Source: Tubulanus polymorphus
Taxonomy: Eukaryota; Animalia; Nemertea
Assembly (NCBI RefSeq): GCF_964204645.1
Contig: NC_134025.1
Span: 18,327,101-18,391,100 of the forward strand
Length of the DNA: 64,000 nucleotides
Direction of reading: 5' to 3'
This document shows, one piece after another, positions 1 through 13,900 of this stretch. A program made the translations under genes and the position numbers. How positions within the stretch are numbered: the first letter of the stretch is position 1; each line of letters begins with the position of its first letter. Below the pieces are notes generated by a model that saw only the letters and a list, made by a program, of their open reading frames with translations, made no database searches and was not told the DNA's origin.

Positions 1-469
1 GGTGGAGAAAGCACCATAATGACCCCTGATACCGGGTGACCTTCGATGTCTTCGGTCCATACAAATAAATTTCTTCGCTGGAGCTGTTCCAAAAACTTGA
101 TCTGCAGCGAAGAGCTCTCGGGCAACATTTTTTCGACCTGAAATGAACATTGCAGTCTAGTGTTACAGTATCAGCAAATCCTCTGTCACGGCCCATCCAT
201 TCTTGTACTTACTATTCCAAAATAGAGGTGATTTTTTCCTCGTTCACCCTTTTGAGCAATTGCAACATAAGAATCAGCTCTGAAGATGTAAATTCAATAA
301 TAAGAATTATTTTGGGACTTCACTTAAATCCTTCCAAGAACAATAACCGGGAACCGTTGAATCACAATCACGGACTACTCGATCAAGGCTTCAGAACCAT
401 ACAATGTTATTTGGATTTCATTAACTAATCATCTGTTTTGATCATTTATTTACAGAGTACCTAGTTCGC

Positions 470-3400
470 AAAGGTTACCTTAGTTTCTGGTGTGTATCCT
501 CTAATGATGGTATAGGGCTGCTATTTTCAGCTGGGACATCTGTGGATGTAACTGCATTGTTGTGCTGCTGAGGAAGTAAGAACACTTAACTAAACATGAG
601 AAAAATACAAAAAATCTTTAGAAATAAAGAAGTTTCACGCACATCAAGTCTACTCTCCATTACTTCGATTGCTGGGCATGTCGTTTGTTTTTTTGCAGGT
701 AAAGTTTTTTGTAATAATGGAAGAAATATGCATGGTAGGTGCTGGGTAACAATCATTAGGATACATCATAGCAATTAAACTTACCTTGGTGATAGTTTTG
801 AATTTCTTATTTCGAGGTTCTTGTGACTTCTTCTCTTCTCGTAAACACTTTTCAACGTATGCTTCATCCGATGTTATAACGATATAATTTGCAGTCAGCC
901 TACAGGGTTTGGGTTGACAGGGTTTACGCGGTTCAGCTTGAGGGTATTTAAGAATATCGCTTAGTTTACTTGATCTTGAAGAGGTGTTATCAAATGGAAA
1001 GTAGCCACTTTGCTACAAAATAGAAATTTCGAGGTCAGGACGGATGGATTTATTTTATTAAATCTATTCACTTGTCACTCACCAATGATTTTTCTTTTCC
1101 ATGTCATATATAACGCATCACTCAACAAATCGAACCCCTGTTGATATCTTTTGTCATACTTGGCCAGTTGTTGTTTTGTGAGAGTGCTCTCAATCACAGA
1201 AAGTGCTCTATCAGCTGGACAGGCCTTAGTGATACTCACTCCCGTTGCAAGATCCTGTAAACCGATTTTGAATATATTCAAGGCCTCCTATGAAATATCT
1301 TAATCTTTTGATATGATATTATTTCTCATCTCAGTCTTACATCAGTCATATCAGTCTGGTTATCGTTAATTTGTCCTACTATCTGGTTAATTTCAGTTTC
1401 TCCCACTATACTGTTGCATGAATTCATCTGAAAATGAAAATATTTTATTGCTACCAAACGTGAGGACGGTAACATTTCTACTTTCATGATTTTACCTCCT
1501 TGTTAATGTTTTCAGGTTGATGGAATTCGGGCATTTCACTGTTATCTAAAAACAAAATATGTAAGTACTAATTGAAGGTTTTGGTTAGTTGTCGATTACC
1601 TGTCTCCCCCAGTATTATAATTACCTCCATGATCAATGATTTCAGTTCATCAACTGTTGCTGAATGAACGTACGCATCAGTGGGAATTGCCAGAGGATTA
1701 TATGGGTATAATCCAGTGGGCCTGAAACCAGTCGAGTCCCTTCTCTTAGAAGAATAATTACTTGTATCATATTGAATACCGGTAGTTTGTTTTGATAACG
1801 ATATGCGCCTTCACGCACGCCACCGCGCGTCAGCCTGATTGCTGCAGTGCGTTAATCAATAGACTGTTACACACACACTTAGGTATAATACACTACCATA
1901 CAGTGATGTAATGTATTAAGCGCTGCTATGAGCGCGCATATATGAATACATCGTTTTAAATGAAGCTGTGTCAAAATGAAAGCAGTTTTTTTTCATTAAA
2001 TAAATTTATTTATCATGAATAATTATTCAAACTGTTATAGCAGTGAGAAGATGAACACTGTCTTTTTTTGTCTGGTAGAATCAATATTTCTTGTGACCTG
2101 AAAATACTTAGTAGAAAACTGTAATCGGCGTATAAGTCGAGGTCAATAATTAAGTGGTAAAATCAAGGGTAAAAAACTCAACTTATACGCCGGTTTTTAC
2201 GGTATCTGCCATGAGTGTTGAGCAAGTGGAGTTCCAGGCCTTTTTAGTGGCCCAAAAACAGTTCTGAAAATATTTTAATAGAATTATATGCCATAATAAT
2301 AAAACAAAGACAATAATTAAACGGATAATTCATAACAAATGGTTTGTCACCTATCTAAAGGCTTGAGCCAATTGCTTGTGTGCGACGGAAGTTCAACGAT
2401 CACTATTCTATTTTCTCTGGCTTTCTCTATTAACTCAACAAAATTGTGGCTATTGTGACCATTAACGATAAGAAGTTGTGGCCGTTCACTCCCAATAGCT
2501 TTAAGGAAGTTTTCCTCAAACCTAAGTAGAACAATACCCTGTAAGAAAAAGTTATATTGATTGAAGTTTCTGTGCAGTAATTACCTATTCCTGGCATCAC
2601 TCATGATCTCGACATTTCTCTTTTCAGGGGTATACCGATACATGAAAATATACACCTACTTGTTTCGTCCAACCGCTGTCACTTGCACTGATATTCCAAT
2701 TCTTCAGCGCCCTTTCAACATCAAATCCAGTGACTGCCAGCCGGGTTTTTCCTTTCACCATGATATGTGGGTTCAGGATTTGCCTGACTGCTGACGTGCA
2801 GCCAATCACTGTAAAGAGCTCGATATAGCAGGTACTGTCTTTACTCCACGCCTGAAATTAATTATCTTCAATTTGCATGAAATATATCAAAACTGAATGG
2901 CCTTAACCTTCATTTCATTTGATTCCATGCTGATTTTTTTACTATGACTTAATTAATATTATTACCTTTCAACAACTTGCGGTGGAGAAAAATCCATTTG
3001 GAACCCGGACTCATCCATATTCCAAATATGGCGCGGCTGAAAATCTTATCCGTCGATGACACCGTGATATGAATGAAAAAACTTCATAACTCGAACAGGT
3101 TGCATGCCTGCCATTCTTACTAGCAGTTGACTCTGGTGTCCTCAGTGCTAAGTCTGGGTGGCGTTTCTTGAAACCTCTCCACCATTTCTCCGAAGGATTA
3201 CCACCTAAAAATGGCTTTCCTTTTTATCTGCAATTTTTCCAGCGTACCTCAACAATGTTTGTTTTTTGAATCCCATGCCCATCTGTGACCTATTGCAGGC
3301 AAAATCCACTAGCTCCCTCTCCTCTTGATGGTTTAGTGTCGTTTGTCCTATTTTTGCCCCCATTTCGATTCTTCCTTTGATTATATCTTGCAGTGTAGAA

Positions 3401-3528
3401 CGAGGTACACCAAATTGTTTGGCAGCAGTTTTGATAGGCATACCACCATTAATGGCATCGATAGCATTTGCTTTCTGATCAACAGAATATTGAAGATACC
3501 GATTCATCTGAAATTTGTTTCATTTAAT
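470..3528 (-). pseudogene. pogo/Tigger-like DDE transposase, degraded and intron-containing
   Basis: ORF 3205-3507 has a pipsqueak HTH (AIDAINGGMPIKTAAKQFGVPRSTLQD) and CENP-B-type HTH. Downstream fragments read WWRGFKKRHPDL, IWNMDESGF, SDSGWTKQ, QLLIVNGHNSH, ELPSHTSNWLKPLDR, separated by short GT..AG intervals. The 3' limit is approximate. Confidence 0.85.
1777..2204. mobile_element. Non-autonomous Tc1/mariner-pogo-type MITE remnant inside the transposase
   Basis: Ends ACTTATACGCCGGTTTTTACGG-TA, with an internal inverted copy (CGGCGTATAAGTCGAG at ~2127); interrupts the coding fragments. Left boundary uncertain. Confidence 0.4.
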
Positions 3529-4450
3529 TAGATGAAATGAAAATTTATTCAAAACTTTTGTCATTCAAAATTGTCATGTCATTTAAGTTGCAATAAATAT
3601 TCCATTAGAAAAATAAAGTTTGATCTCAATAGATAACTACTTCCATTCCTTGCAGAAATTGTAACTTTATATAGCTTCAAATAATATTGATGGAAGCCTT
3701 TGAAATTAAAATGCACATTTCAATAAATAGAATTATATTGATGATAAACGAATTTTTAAACATTTAAAAAAATATTTTCTCATAATTGAATCAATAAAGT
3801 ATAAATTGAATTGAATTTATTCATCGTTTTATTAAAAAAAGTTTTCAACTTTGATGTTGTATGTCTTAAGTTGTATATCGTAAGTTTATGCTGTCTGCTT
3901 GATTTGAGGATAATGGACTGGATATATAGTCATTTTAGATGGTGTTGATACGCGGTGATAAATTTATTGAATTTAGTAGGCCTATGCCACGAGTATGGAA
4001 GTGAGATAGGATCATCATTTCAGCAGTCAGTGTACCTGAATTAGGCGTACTAGTTGCCGTATATTTTTGAAACCGAGTGCCGAATTCGGGTACAAGTAGT
4101 AAAACATGTATATTTTTGGCAGCTAATCAATCTTTTAAGCATAGAGTCGATAATTAAAGCTATTTTTTATCACTTCAGATTGTACTATGTACCTTCAATT
4201 TATATTTACGATTGTAGATGACGCCAAAAATAATACAAAACTAGGTCAAATCCTAGTAAAAACAGCGACGGGTCAGCAGCTAGCAGAAGCGATTTCTTAG
4301 TCATCATAAAAGGCGCGATTAACATAAACTCCTCCCCCTAACCAATAAAATTTCTTTAACATTCAGGTGTCAAGAATATGGCCTTTGACCTTAACCATTG
4401 ATATAAGATTTGCCATATTAGGTATCTCGTCAATTGACGTGTTTATAACT

Positions 4451-4477
4451 GTGCCGAATTTAGGTCACCCTCCCCTA
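4451..4477 (-). repeat. Probable left TIR of the pogo-like element
   Basis: Reverse complement reads TA-GGGGAGGGTGACCTAAATTCGGCAC, about 0.9 kb upstream of the transposase; related sub-terminal copies near 4032 and 4078. The partner TIR is not in the window. Confidence 0.5.
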
Positions 4478-4929
4478 CTTGAATTTATTTTCAGACAAAA
4501 TGCTTTGTACATGTACAAAGGATAATTTCGTAAGTATCTTTAAATTGTATAATTTTGGTTTCTTTATTTGGGTACAATGAGAACATGCAATTGCTTATTA
4601 CTGTTCGTTTCAATTTGATACTCCAGATAAACGGAAATTTCTCAAGATTGGCGTGGAATAAGTCAGTGTAATGGGATTAAATCTAATTTCTAACCACCTT
4701 CATATAAAATCTCATTAACACAAGCACATTCTTGCTGTTCGCCTATTTCCACACGAATTTGAAATTATGAATTAATTTTCTTCAGTTGCTACTCTTTCAT
4801 ACTCGACCTGAAACCTCACCAAAATCACAGAACATGTTATGGGCTACAACTTTCCAATTGATTGTGGAAACACAATATGCTTAGGTATTAATATAATGTG
4901 CAAAAACTTTTTCCCACTTACGAATGAGT

Positions 4930-5440
4930 ACTGGTGACACCAAGATGGTCGCCAATTGCGTCATAATTAGCTGATGAAAAATACCTGTCTCAGGTATAAA
5001 ACATCCCTTTCCAAAGAATACCCATCACAAATTGCAATGAGAAATGGCAAACCAGTATGAAGCTACAGGACTCAGGATTCGGGCCAAAATTAACATTTTT
5101 GGGCACTGAAAAGGTCATAGGACGGCCATCTTGAGTCTGATCGACCTAATTTTTGTTATGCCCTGGGGGGATTCACATATATCCAAAAGATCAAGCTAAT
5201 TGATCAAAGCGTCTTCAAAATTTCCCTCAAAAAGTTAAAAATGTGTAAAAAGTGCTGATTTTGGCGAACAACAATGGCTGCCAGTCGGCCATCTTGATTC
5301 TGACAGGGCCAGTTTTTGGGCTGAAGATGGGTCTAGGGTAAATACATGTGTAACCCAAATATCAAAACGTTGCCTTGAAGCGTCCTTGAAACGGACGACG
5401 GACGAAATGTGAACGCAATAGCCCGCTTGGACTAAAGTCT
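4930..5440. repeat. Interspersed repeat fragment (Helentron/DINE-like non-autonomous?)
   Basis: Repeated GGCCATCTTG motifs and ACGGACGACGGACG microsatellite; family assignment is inference. Confidence 0.3.
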
Positions 5441-6055
5441 ATGTAACAACGTATAAAAGACTTATGTTCAGTATAAGTTCAGCCCCGGAACTCTTCCAAC
5501 ATGTCGTAAAGCAGGTTCTTGCTGATTGTCCGGGCGTCGCGAACATTTCAGATGACTTGATTATTCACAGGAAAGGGGACGATGAGCACGATGCTCGTCT
5601 TATCAAAGTGCTGGAAACTTTAGCAAAAAAACGGACTCACTGTGAATCTGCCGAAATGCCACATACGTTTACCCGAGATAGAGTATGTTGGTCATATTCT
5701 CGGAGCCAATGGTATATCTCTGACAAAAGATCGCGTGAAAGCTGTTCTCGAGGCAAGGAAGCCGAATTCCGCATCTGAAGTCCGGAGCTTCCTGGGCTTG
5801 GTGAATTTCAGTAGTTGATTCATCAATAATTTGTCGACAATCGCGGATCCGTTGAGACAGCTCACCCGAAACGGCGTATCATTCCACTGGGGTAAAGAAC
5901 ACGACCGTGCGTTTGATAAGCTGAAACTAGAGCTCGGCAAAGCAGGTACACTAGCGTATTTCGAAAAGGGTGCCCCGACTGAAATTATAGTCGACGCCAG
6001 CCCAGTTGGTCTGGGGGCAATGTTAGTGCAAACGCAGGACTAGGTAAAACGCGTC

Positions 6056-7165
6056 GTGTATTATGCAAATCGCAGCCTATCTCAGGTTGAGAGGCGTTAT
6101 TCGCAAACGGAGAGAGAGGTGCTGGGAATCGTGTGGGCATGTGAGAGATTCCACACGTTTCTTTACGGTATACGGTTCGATATCGTTACGGATCATAAAC
6201 CTCTGACTTTCATTTATTCGCCAAGGTCTAAACCATGCGCGCGGATTGAGAGGTGGGTATTACGTTTGCAACCCTATGACTTCACCGTCAAGCATATTCC
6301 CGGTAAAGAAATGGCCGCAGACACGCTGTCGCGGCTGATTAATCCATTGGACGGAAACGACGACAATATGGGCGAGGAGTATGTGCGGTTTATCGTAGCT
6401 CACGCTACGCCAGTCGCGCTGAAGGTTTCAGAGATCGGCAGAGCATCCGAGTCTGACGAGAAGCTACAAATCGTCAGAGAGTGCATCGAGATGGATAAGT
6501 GGCACGACTGTCCGCCGGGGTATAAGAACGTTCGGACTGAACTTTGCGCAGTCGATAACCTGATCTTACGGGGCTGCCGTATCATCCCCGAATCACTATG
6601 GAAACGCGTCGTGAACCTCGCGCTAGAGGGCCATCAAGGGATCGTGAAAACGAAGCGTCGGTTGAGAGCGAAAGTATGGTGGCCGGGCATAGATCGTGAT
6701 GCAGAGAGAGTTGTGAACCCATGCCGGGGTTGCCAACTTGTTAGTCTGCCGTCTAGACCGGAACCGATGAAAAGGTACGAGCTGCCGGCTGGGCCGTGGC
6801 AGGATACCGCCGCAGACCTCCTTGGCCCGATGCCGGGAGGGGAATACGTATTGGCAATTATCGATTATAATAGCCGATTCTTGGGAGTCGAGATAATCAG
6901 GGATGTAAGGTCCCGCAAGATAATACGTTGTTTAGATAAGATATTGGCAGCGTTTGGGTTACCAAGGTCGCTGAAAACTGACAACGGGAGGCAATTCATC
7001 TCGGAAGAATTCGAACATTACCTGGCCGAAAATAATATCGAGCACAGGTTAAGCCCCCCCATCTGGCCACAGGCTAATGGGGAGATAGAACGGCAAAATA
7101 GGACATTACTAAAGAGCATGCGGATTGCGCAAGCGGAGGGTAAGGACTGGCAGGGAGCACTGTAG
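6056..7165 (+). pseudogene. pol: Gypsy pol fragment (RNase H C-terminus plus integrase)
   Basis: Longest open piece; HHCC-like and DDE motifs. Confidence 0.9.
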
Positions 7166-8056
7166 GCCTATAAGTTATTATTAGCTTACCACTCCACTCC
7201 GCGAGAAAAGACCGGTGTATCGCCATCCAAGATTATGTTTGGCCGGGAAATCCGTACAAAATTGCCTGAGTTCGGCGATCGAGAATATGTCTCAGATCAG
7301 GCCGTCAGAGATCGCGATAGAGAGGAGAAACAAAAAGGCAAAGATTACGCAGATAGGCCTACGCATCGTCGAGCTAAACCAAGCGATCTGAAATCTGGTG
7401 ATCACGTATTGATCGAACAGAGAAAAGAGAATAAACTGTTACGCGGATAAGCCCTTAGTAGTAGTTAGCAGGGACGATAAAGGCGTAACGGTTCAATCTG
7501 AGAGCGGTAACCAGTACGTCAGAAATCCCGCTCACCTAAAGAAATTCGTAGAGGCGGATGATGCTGACGAGAAATCTAATTCCGATTCTGACATCGAGTC
7601 CAGGCCCGACGGTATAGTCACCGATTCTGGCTTGCTCGATTCGGAGTTGCCGGCTGACGATCAACCGGTACAAACGAGATCAGGTCGAAACGTACGCGTA
7701 CCGGCTAGATTTAAAGATTACGTGTATTGATGAATTAATTCGTAGCAGCTGTATCTTAATTTGTTAAGGGAATTTTGGATGATGTCTGAGTTTGGTATTT
7801 GCTTATATGAAGTTCCAATTAGTAGGACCCTAAGTCAAGTTATAAGTTTAGCGATAGTTGGGTTACGGGAGTAGTTTAGTCACTAGAACGGTGTTTGGAC
7901 TTAATAATGTTTAATTTAGATACTTGTAGTTTTTGATTTTATGTCCATATAGTTTGATTAGACTGGTGTTACTTGTGGTTAACGGGAAATACAAATTATT
8001 CGTATTATAGGTTTTTAGTTTTGTAAGTTCATTCAAAATCTGGTAAAAGGATAGAT

Positions 8057-8196
8057 TGTAGTGTCTTACGTCAGTGTATTAGTGTTACGTTGTTTATGTA
8101 ACCTAGTGTAGGCCGGATGTAGTTACGTGGCTGAATAAAGAGACTTTGTAGTATTGTCTAACTCTATTGTCTGTGTTTAATCAGTTGGACGTCACA
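8057..8196 (+). repeat. Gypsy 3' LTR
   Basis: TG..CA ends, preceded by purine tract AAAAGGATAGA, contains AATAAA. Confidence 0.7.
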
Positions 8197-8289
8197 GAAC
8201 CATTTACGCCGAGAGGTGCGGATCTGCACTTTTACCGATTATCGAAGTCAGGAATAACATATCGTTGGTGAATTATTAAATACAAAATG

Positions 8290-9200
8290 GCTATATTTAC
8301 GGGTGTCGTAAAGAGGTTGTAAATTCTATATTTACGACAGTTTTTTATTGATATTAGGATTATGGTCTAGAGGAGAGGATTAGTGTCAAGAGGGCGAGAA
8401 GAGGGTCCGGGTTAGGGTCCGTTTTACCCCCTAGGGATAGGATTAAGGTAAGGTGAGGCTATATGTAGTTAAAACATTCGAATGGTTTTCAGCGAGCTCG
8501 GTGGTCTACTGTCTGTCACACATGCTCTTCGTGCAACGTTTTGGTCCGTAATTTCGTTAATAATCGGTTGATCTGTAAATATTATGCATCAATTTGTTCA
8601 GTAAGGAATTTGCATTCAGAAATAAATCATGAACTGGCAGAAATTTGTTTGTGTTTTCTTCTATCAGCGATAGTTTACCTAGCATAAGCTCGCGTAATGC
8701 TGAAAAACGGCTTTTATTTTCCGTCACGTGGCGACACCTACTGTATTTTGATATGCTAATGAGCAGGTGATGACATCACTGTAACGTCTCCGAGCGTCCG
8801 CGGAGCGGATTTTTCAGCATTACGCGAGCGTATGCTGAGTAAACTATCGCTCATAAATGAAAACAAAAACAACTTTAGTGAAAATTGTTGTTTATTTCTG
8901 AATGCAAATTCCTCACTGAACAAATTGATGCGTAATAGAGGTAGATAAACCGATTATTAACGAAATTACGGACCAAAATGTCGCACGGAGAGTAGGTGTG
9001 ACGGACAGTAGTGGTATGATGCTGCGCTAGTAATTTAGTGGCCCGAGTTCGAGTCTCACTCGATCCACTCTATTTTCTCTAACTCTTGATTTTTCTAAGT
9101 CACGCATCCTAGTGCGCATGCGCAACGTGAAATAGCCAATCAGAATGAAACGTCGTAAATATAGCTAGTGTCGTCCGTTTACGGCGTCGTAAAAATAGCC
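8290..9200. mobile_element. MITE with GGCTATATTTACG / CGTAAAAATAGCC termini
   Basis: Imperfect TIRs with repeated sub-terminal motif; hosts the MITE at 8506-9011. Confidence 0.6.
8506..9011. mobile_element. ~505-bp foldback MITE, copy 1 (CTACTGTC..GACAGTAG)
   Basis: Long internal inverted repeats; flanked by TGGT on both sides (4-bp TSD). Confidence 0.8.
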
Positions 9201-9290
9201 TGAGTGTAGGCCTATTAAATATTTATCCATTCAAAGCCCTTGAAGTGCCTGTAGCGAAAACCCTACCACCAACGACGATTAGGAAACTAA

Positions 9291-9796
9291 CTACTGTCTG
9301 TCACACCTACTCTCCGTGCGACGTTTTGGTCCGTAATTTCGTTAATAATCGGTTTATCTACCTTTATTACGCATCAATTTGTTCAGTGAGGAATTTGCAT
9401 TCAGAAATAAACAACAATTTTTACTAAAGTTGTTTTTGTTTTCATTTATGAGCGGTAGTTTACTCGGCATACGCTCGTGTAATGCTGAAAAATCAGCTCC
9501 GCGGACGCTCGGAAACGTTACAGTGACGTCATCACCTGCTCATTAGCATATCAAAATACAGTAGGTAGCGCCACGTGACGGGCCATAAAAGCTGTTTTTC
9601 AGCACTACGCGAGCGTATGCTAGGTAAACTATCGCTGATAGATGAAAACACAAACAAATCTATGCCAGTTCAGGATTTATTTCTGAATGCAAATTCCTTA
9701 CTGAACAAATTGATGCATAGTATTTACAGATCAACCGATTATTAACGAAATTACGGACCAAAACGTCGCACGAAGAGCATGTGTGACAGACAGTAG
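9291..9796. mobile_element. ~505-bp foldback MITE, copy 2, inverted relative to copy 1
   Basis: Same termini and body as 8506-9011; no clear TSD. Confidence 0.8.
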
Positions 9797-10415
9797 GCCT
9801 GCTGGCCTCGCTGCCTCTGCGGACCCTTTTGAGATTACTGCAGCATGGTTTTTTGTTCACCAAGAATCTTAGTGTCTGATGTAGGGCCTACCACATTTGG
9901 TTACACTTAGGTTCGTAGAGCGACGGAGATCACTGGTGGAACCAACCACTGCCTACGAACAACCACTGCCAGTGCTGGGTGAAGGTTTATGGTCCATATA
10001 ACTGGCCAACTGACCTTATATCTTTAATCTTTTCAAGTCTTTCAAGTAATTCAACTTCATTATCAGTCAGCGAAGTCATTGTTCGATCGGAACGACCAGC
10101 GTAAAGCTATCACTTTATTCGAAACAGGTTAAACTTCAGGTTAAACTGTAGCAATACAGCATGTCCCGTGAGAGGACCTGGGGCCTGTGACGGGACATAC
10201 TTGTCCCGTAACAGGTCCCGATAGAAAATGAAAACTTTGCATTTATAGACGAAATGTCGAAAGTAACTGCACTCGATTGTTTATATACACTCAATGTTAA
10301 GAACATGTTAATGATCGAAATTATTTCAGATCAATGATATCATCAAATCGAAGCATTAAATGTAATAATGAAGATCGGATCAAGAGAAGACAGAACCACA
10401 GCTATCAAATTTTCA

Positions 10416-10605
10416 ATTTTTAGTGTATTAGACTGACTCATACTATCGAAAATAAAGTGAATGCATCTTGACAAGTTTGGTGCCAATGGTGTTAGTAACC
10501 GTTTCTTAAGCGTTACACTGCAAACAAAAGTAAAATTGAAGGGGCAACTGAATGGCCCTAGATCACTCGAGAGAGAGAATTCAAAAATTCAAAAATAATT
10601 CAAAA
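10416..10605 (+). repeat. ~170-bp short interspersed repeat, copy 1 (AATTCAAA tail)
   Basis: Near-identical to 61700-61870. Confidence 0.75.
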
Positions 10606-10948
10606 CTAACTCGCACACTCGAATTTATTTTCCGACCTTTCAACCTTTGACTTGAAACAACTTATTCCCTATTACTCTATCCAATCACAAGTCTCATAAT
10701 TTACAAGTCTCAACGCGCTGAGTATTGCGTAATATATGTTGATTCTAAATGGTTCTAGATGATCTGGTTCTAGAAAACTACACTAGCCAGTCACGAGCCT
10801 CATAATTTACAAGTCTCAACACGCAGCTGGGGATTCCCCACTGTTGAGTAGTATAACTAGGCGGGCGTTTCTGGGATACTCATACGTGGCGGGGATGCGT
10901 TGGGAGGTAAGTGTTATGTTCAATTCTAATAAAAAATTTGATATTAAA

Positions 10949-13900
10949 ATGGAAGCAAACAAGAAGTACTACTGCCCAACATGTAAAATAAGTATAGATA
11001 AATCTCAAAAAGCAAGACATAATAAAACTAAATCACATCAGAAAATAGATTAAACTTAGAATATAAAGATGAAACTAAATTAGATGAATTATTGAATGAA
11101 AAAGAAACATACAAATGTGATACATGTAATCAATCATTCAGTGAAAAAAGATATTATGAACAACATTTAAAATCTGAAAGTCATATTAGAAATATTAATA
11201 ATGATATTTTAGGTGAAGATTATTTTGATAAAGATAATGATAAGAAACAGAAGACAATTAAAAGAATGAAAAAAAAATTAAACAATAAAAGACCATACAT
11301 GGAAGATGTTAGAAATTATATTAATTCATTAGATAATAAAAAAGAAATTGAAATAACCGACGCATTTAAAAGTGATATTGGACCGGCCGCTATCGAGTTT
11401 AAATTTCATAAAGGTAAAACATTAGAAGAAAATAAAAAACATTTAGAAAATATGAAAAGTATTATAAAAATAATTACTGGTGTCGAATACCCTAAAATTA
11501 GCATATCAGTTAAAGCTAAATTTATAAAATCTGAAGATAAACCAATATATAATATAATTTCTCATTCACAACATATTATTTCAAAACAGCATATAGATGA
11601 AAAATTAGATAAATGCTATAATGAAGTAAAAAATAAAATAGAAGAGAAATATTTTGAAGGATCTGGTTTAATATTTGATGAAATAATATTTATGACTTTA
11701 CATGTGTACAATACAAAATATAATAAGTTAACTAAATCAAAACCAATTGTCGAAAATAATTTATCATATTATAAAGATGATAATATTAATGGATCAAGTT
11801 ATATTAAACTGCCATTTAAAACTAATGCTGTTATAAATGTACAAAATTTTGATGATAAATGTTTTCTATGGACAATTATAAGTTGTTTACATCCAGTTGA
11901 AGATTATAAACAACATAGTTTTAGATTAACACATTATAAACCATTTGAAAATAATTATAAAATAGATAAATTTCCTGTTAAAATTGAACAAATTCCAAAA
12001 ATAGAAAAAGATAATAATTTAAAAATAAATGTATTCGATTTGATCAAATTACCAAATACAAAAGGTAACAATATAAAACATTATACATTAGAACCTTTTA
12101 CCCATCAAAAGATTATGATTCAAATGGTGTTATAGATATATTATATTATGAGAATCATTATATGTGGATTAAACAAATCGATTTATTTTTTAGAACAGAA
12201 AATGATCACCATAAAATATATCTATGTAGAAAATGTATAACTAAATTCAGTAATGAAAGTGCATTATAAAATCATAAACAATTATGTGATAATCATGATT
12301 ATTGTAAAATGATTTTACCAAATGAAAAATATAAGATATTAGAATTAAAAAAATATGATTACAAGAATAAAGTGCCATTTGTAATATATGGAGATTTTGA
12401 ATCACTAAATAAGGAATTAACTAATCAAGATAGAAAAGAAATATATTATAAAATAAAGAAATTAAATTCTAATGAAAATGATATAATTGATTATTCAGCT
12501 CCTCTAATAACAAATACTATTAAAAAGATTCATCAATGTGCTGCAGCTTTTGGATTATATATAAAATCTGATTATCCAGAACTAATTGAAAGTGAATATT
12601 ATCATTATATAAATGAAAATGTTATCAATCATTTTGTTACTTATTAATTGAATACGAAATAAAATTTAATGAAAAGTTTAATGAAAATAAAGAAATTATA
12701 ATGACAGAAGAAGATAAAGAAGAATTTGAGTTTGCTGATAAATGTTTTTATTGTGAAAAGATATTTAATCTAAAAGATAAAAAAGTTAGAGACCATGATC
12801 GTTTGAATGGAAAGTTTAGAGGCGCAGCGCATAAGAATTGTAACTTACAAGCTAAAAAAATAAACTTTGTTCCAGTTATATTTCATAATTTATCAGGGTA
12901 TGATGCTAATTTATTTATCAAACAGCTATGTCATAAAATAGAAGAATTCAATAATGAAATGGAAAGATTAAATTCAAATAGATCAAAAGATAAAATACCA
13001 ACTTATAAATTTAAAATGTTAGCTAAAACATCTGAGAATTATATATCTTTCCAATTTGGGTGTCTAAGATTTATAGATATATATATTTTTAAGCAGTTCA
13101 TTAGATAATTTATCAAAATCATTAGTTGATGATGAATTAAAGATATTAAAGCAACACTATCCAAATAATGATGATTTTCAATTAATGAGATATAAAGGCG
13201 CAATTCCATATTCATTTTTATAATTCACATAATGATTTATATACAACTGAATTATTAAAAGAACAATTCTATGATGAATTAAAAAATGAATATGTTAAAG
13301 ATGAAGTTTATAATACAACATTGAATATTTGGAATAATTTCAAAATAAAAAATCATGGACAATTAGTAGATTTATATTTAAAATCAGATGTATTATTATT
13401 AACTGATATATTCGAAAGGTTTAGAGATGTAAATCTAAAATATTTTAATATTGATCCTTGCAATTGTTATTCTAGTCCAGGTTTAACTTGGGATTGTGGT
13501 TTAAAATTTACAGATATAAAAATGGATTTGTTAACAAATATAGATCAATTATTATTATTTGAAAAATCTATAAGAGGAGGAGTTTCATGTGTATTAGGCG
13601 ATAGATATTTCAATGTAAATGATAACCCTGGATATAAGTTATTATATATAGATGCAAATAATTTATATGGTTGGGCAATGATGGAACCTCAACCTTATAG
13701 AGTATTTGGAATGACTGAAGTTTTACAACATGAAAATAATGATAAATTTGATTGGAAGAAAAGAATTCTAGATATTGCAGATGATTCAGACACTGGTTAC
13801 TTTTTTGTGGTAGATTTAGAATATCCTGAAAACATTAAGTTTAAATCTAGAAATCTAGCATACTGTCCCGAACATAAAACTGTAACACATGAAGAATTAT

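Larger units (their letters stand above)
5445..8196 (+). mobile_element. Gypsy/Ty3 LTR retrotransposon, 5'-truncated (RT-RNase H-integrase plus 3' LTR)
   Basis: RT YKRLMFSISSAPELFQ..NISDDLII; RNase H VDASPVGLGAML, YANRSLSQVERRYSQTERE, TDHKPL; integrase GHQG..C..C, DLLGP, TDNGRQF, ANGEIERQNRTL; broken by stops and frameshifts. Confidence 0.93.

Noticed and set aside
150-778. Short ORFs as host genes
   Set aside because: No recognisable domains; possible minus-strand exon fragments near 1-140 cannot be assigned.
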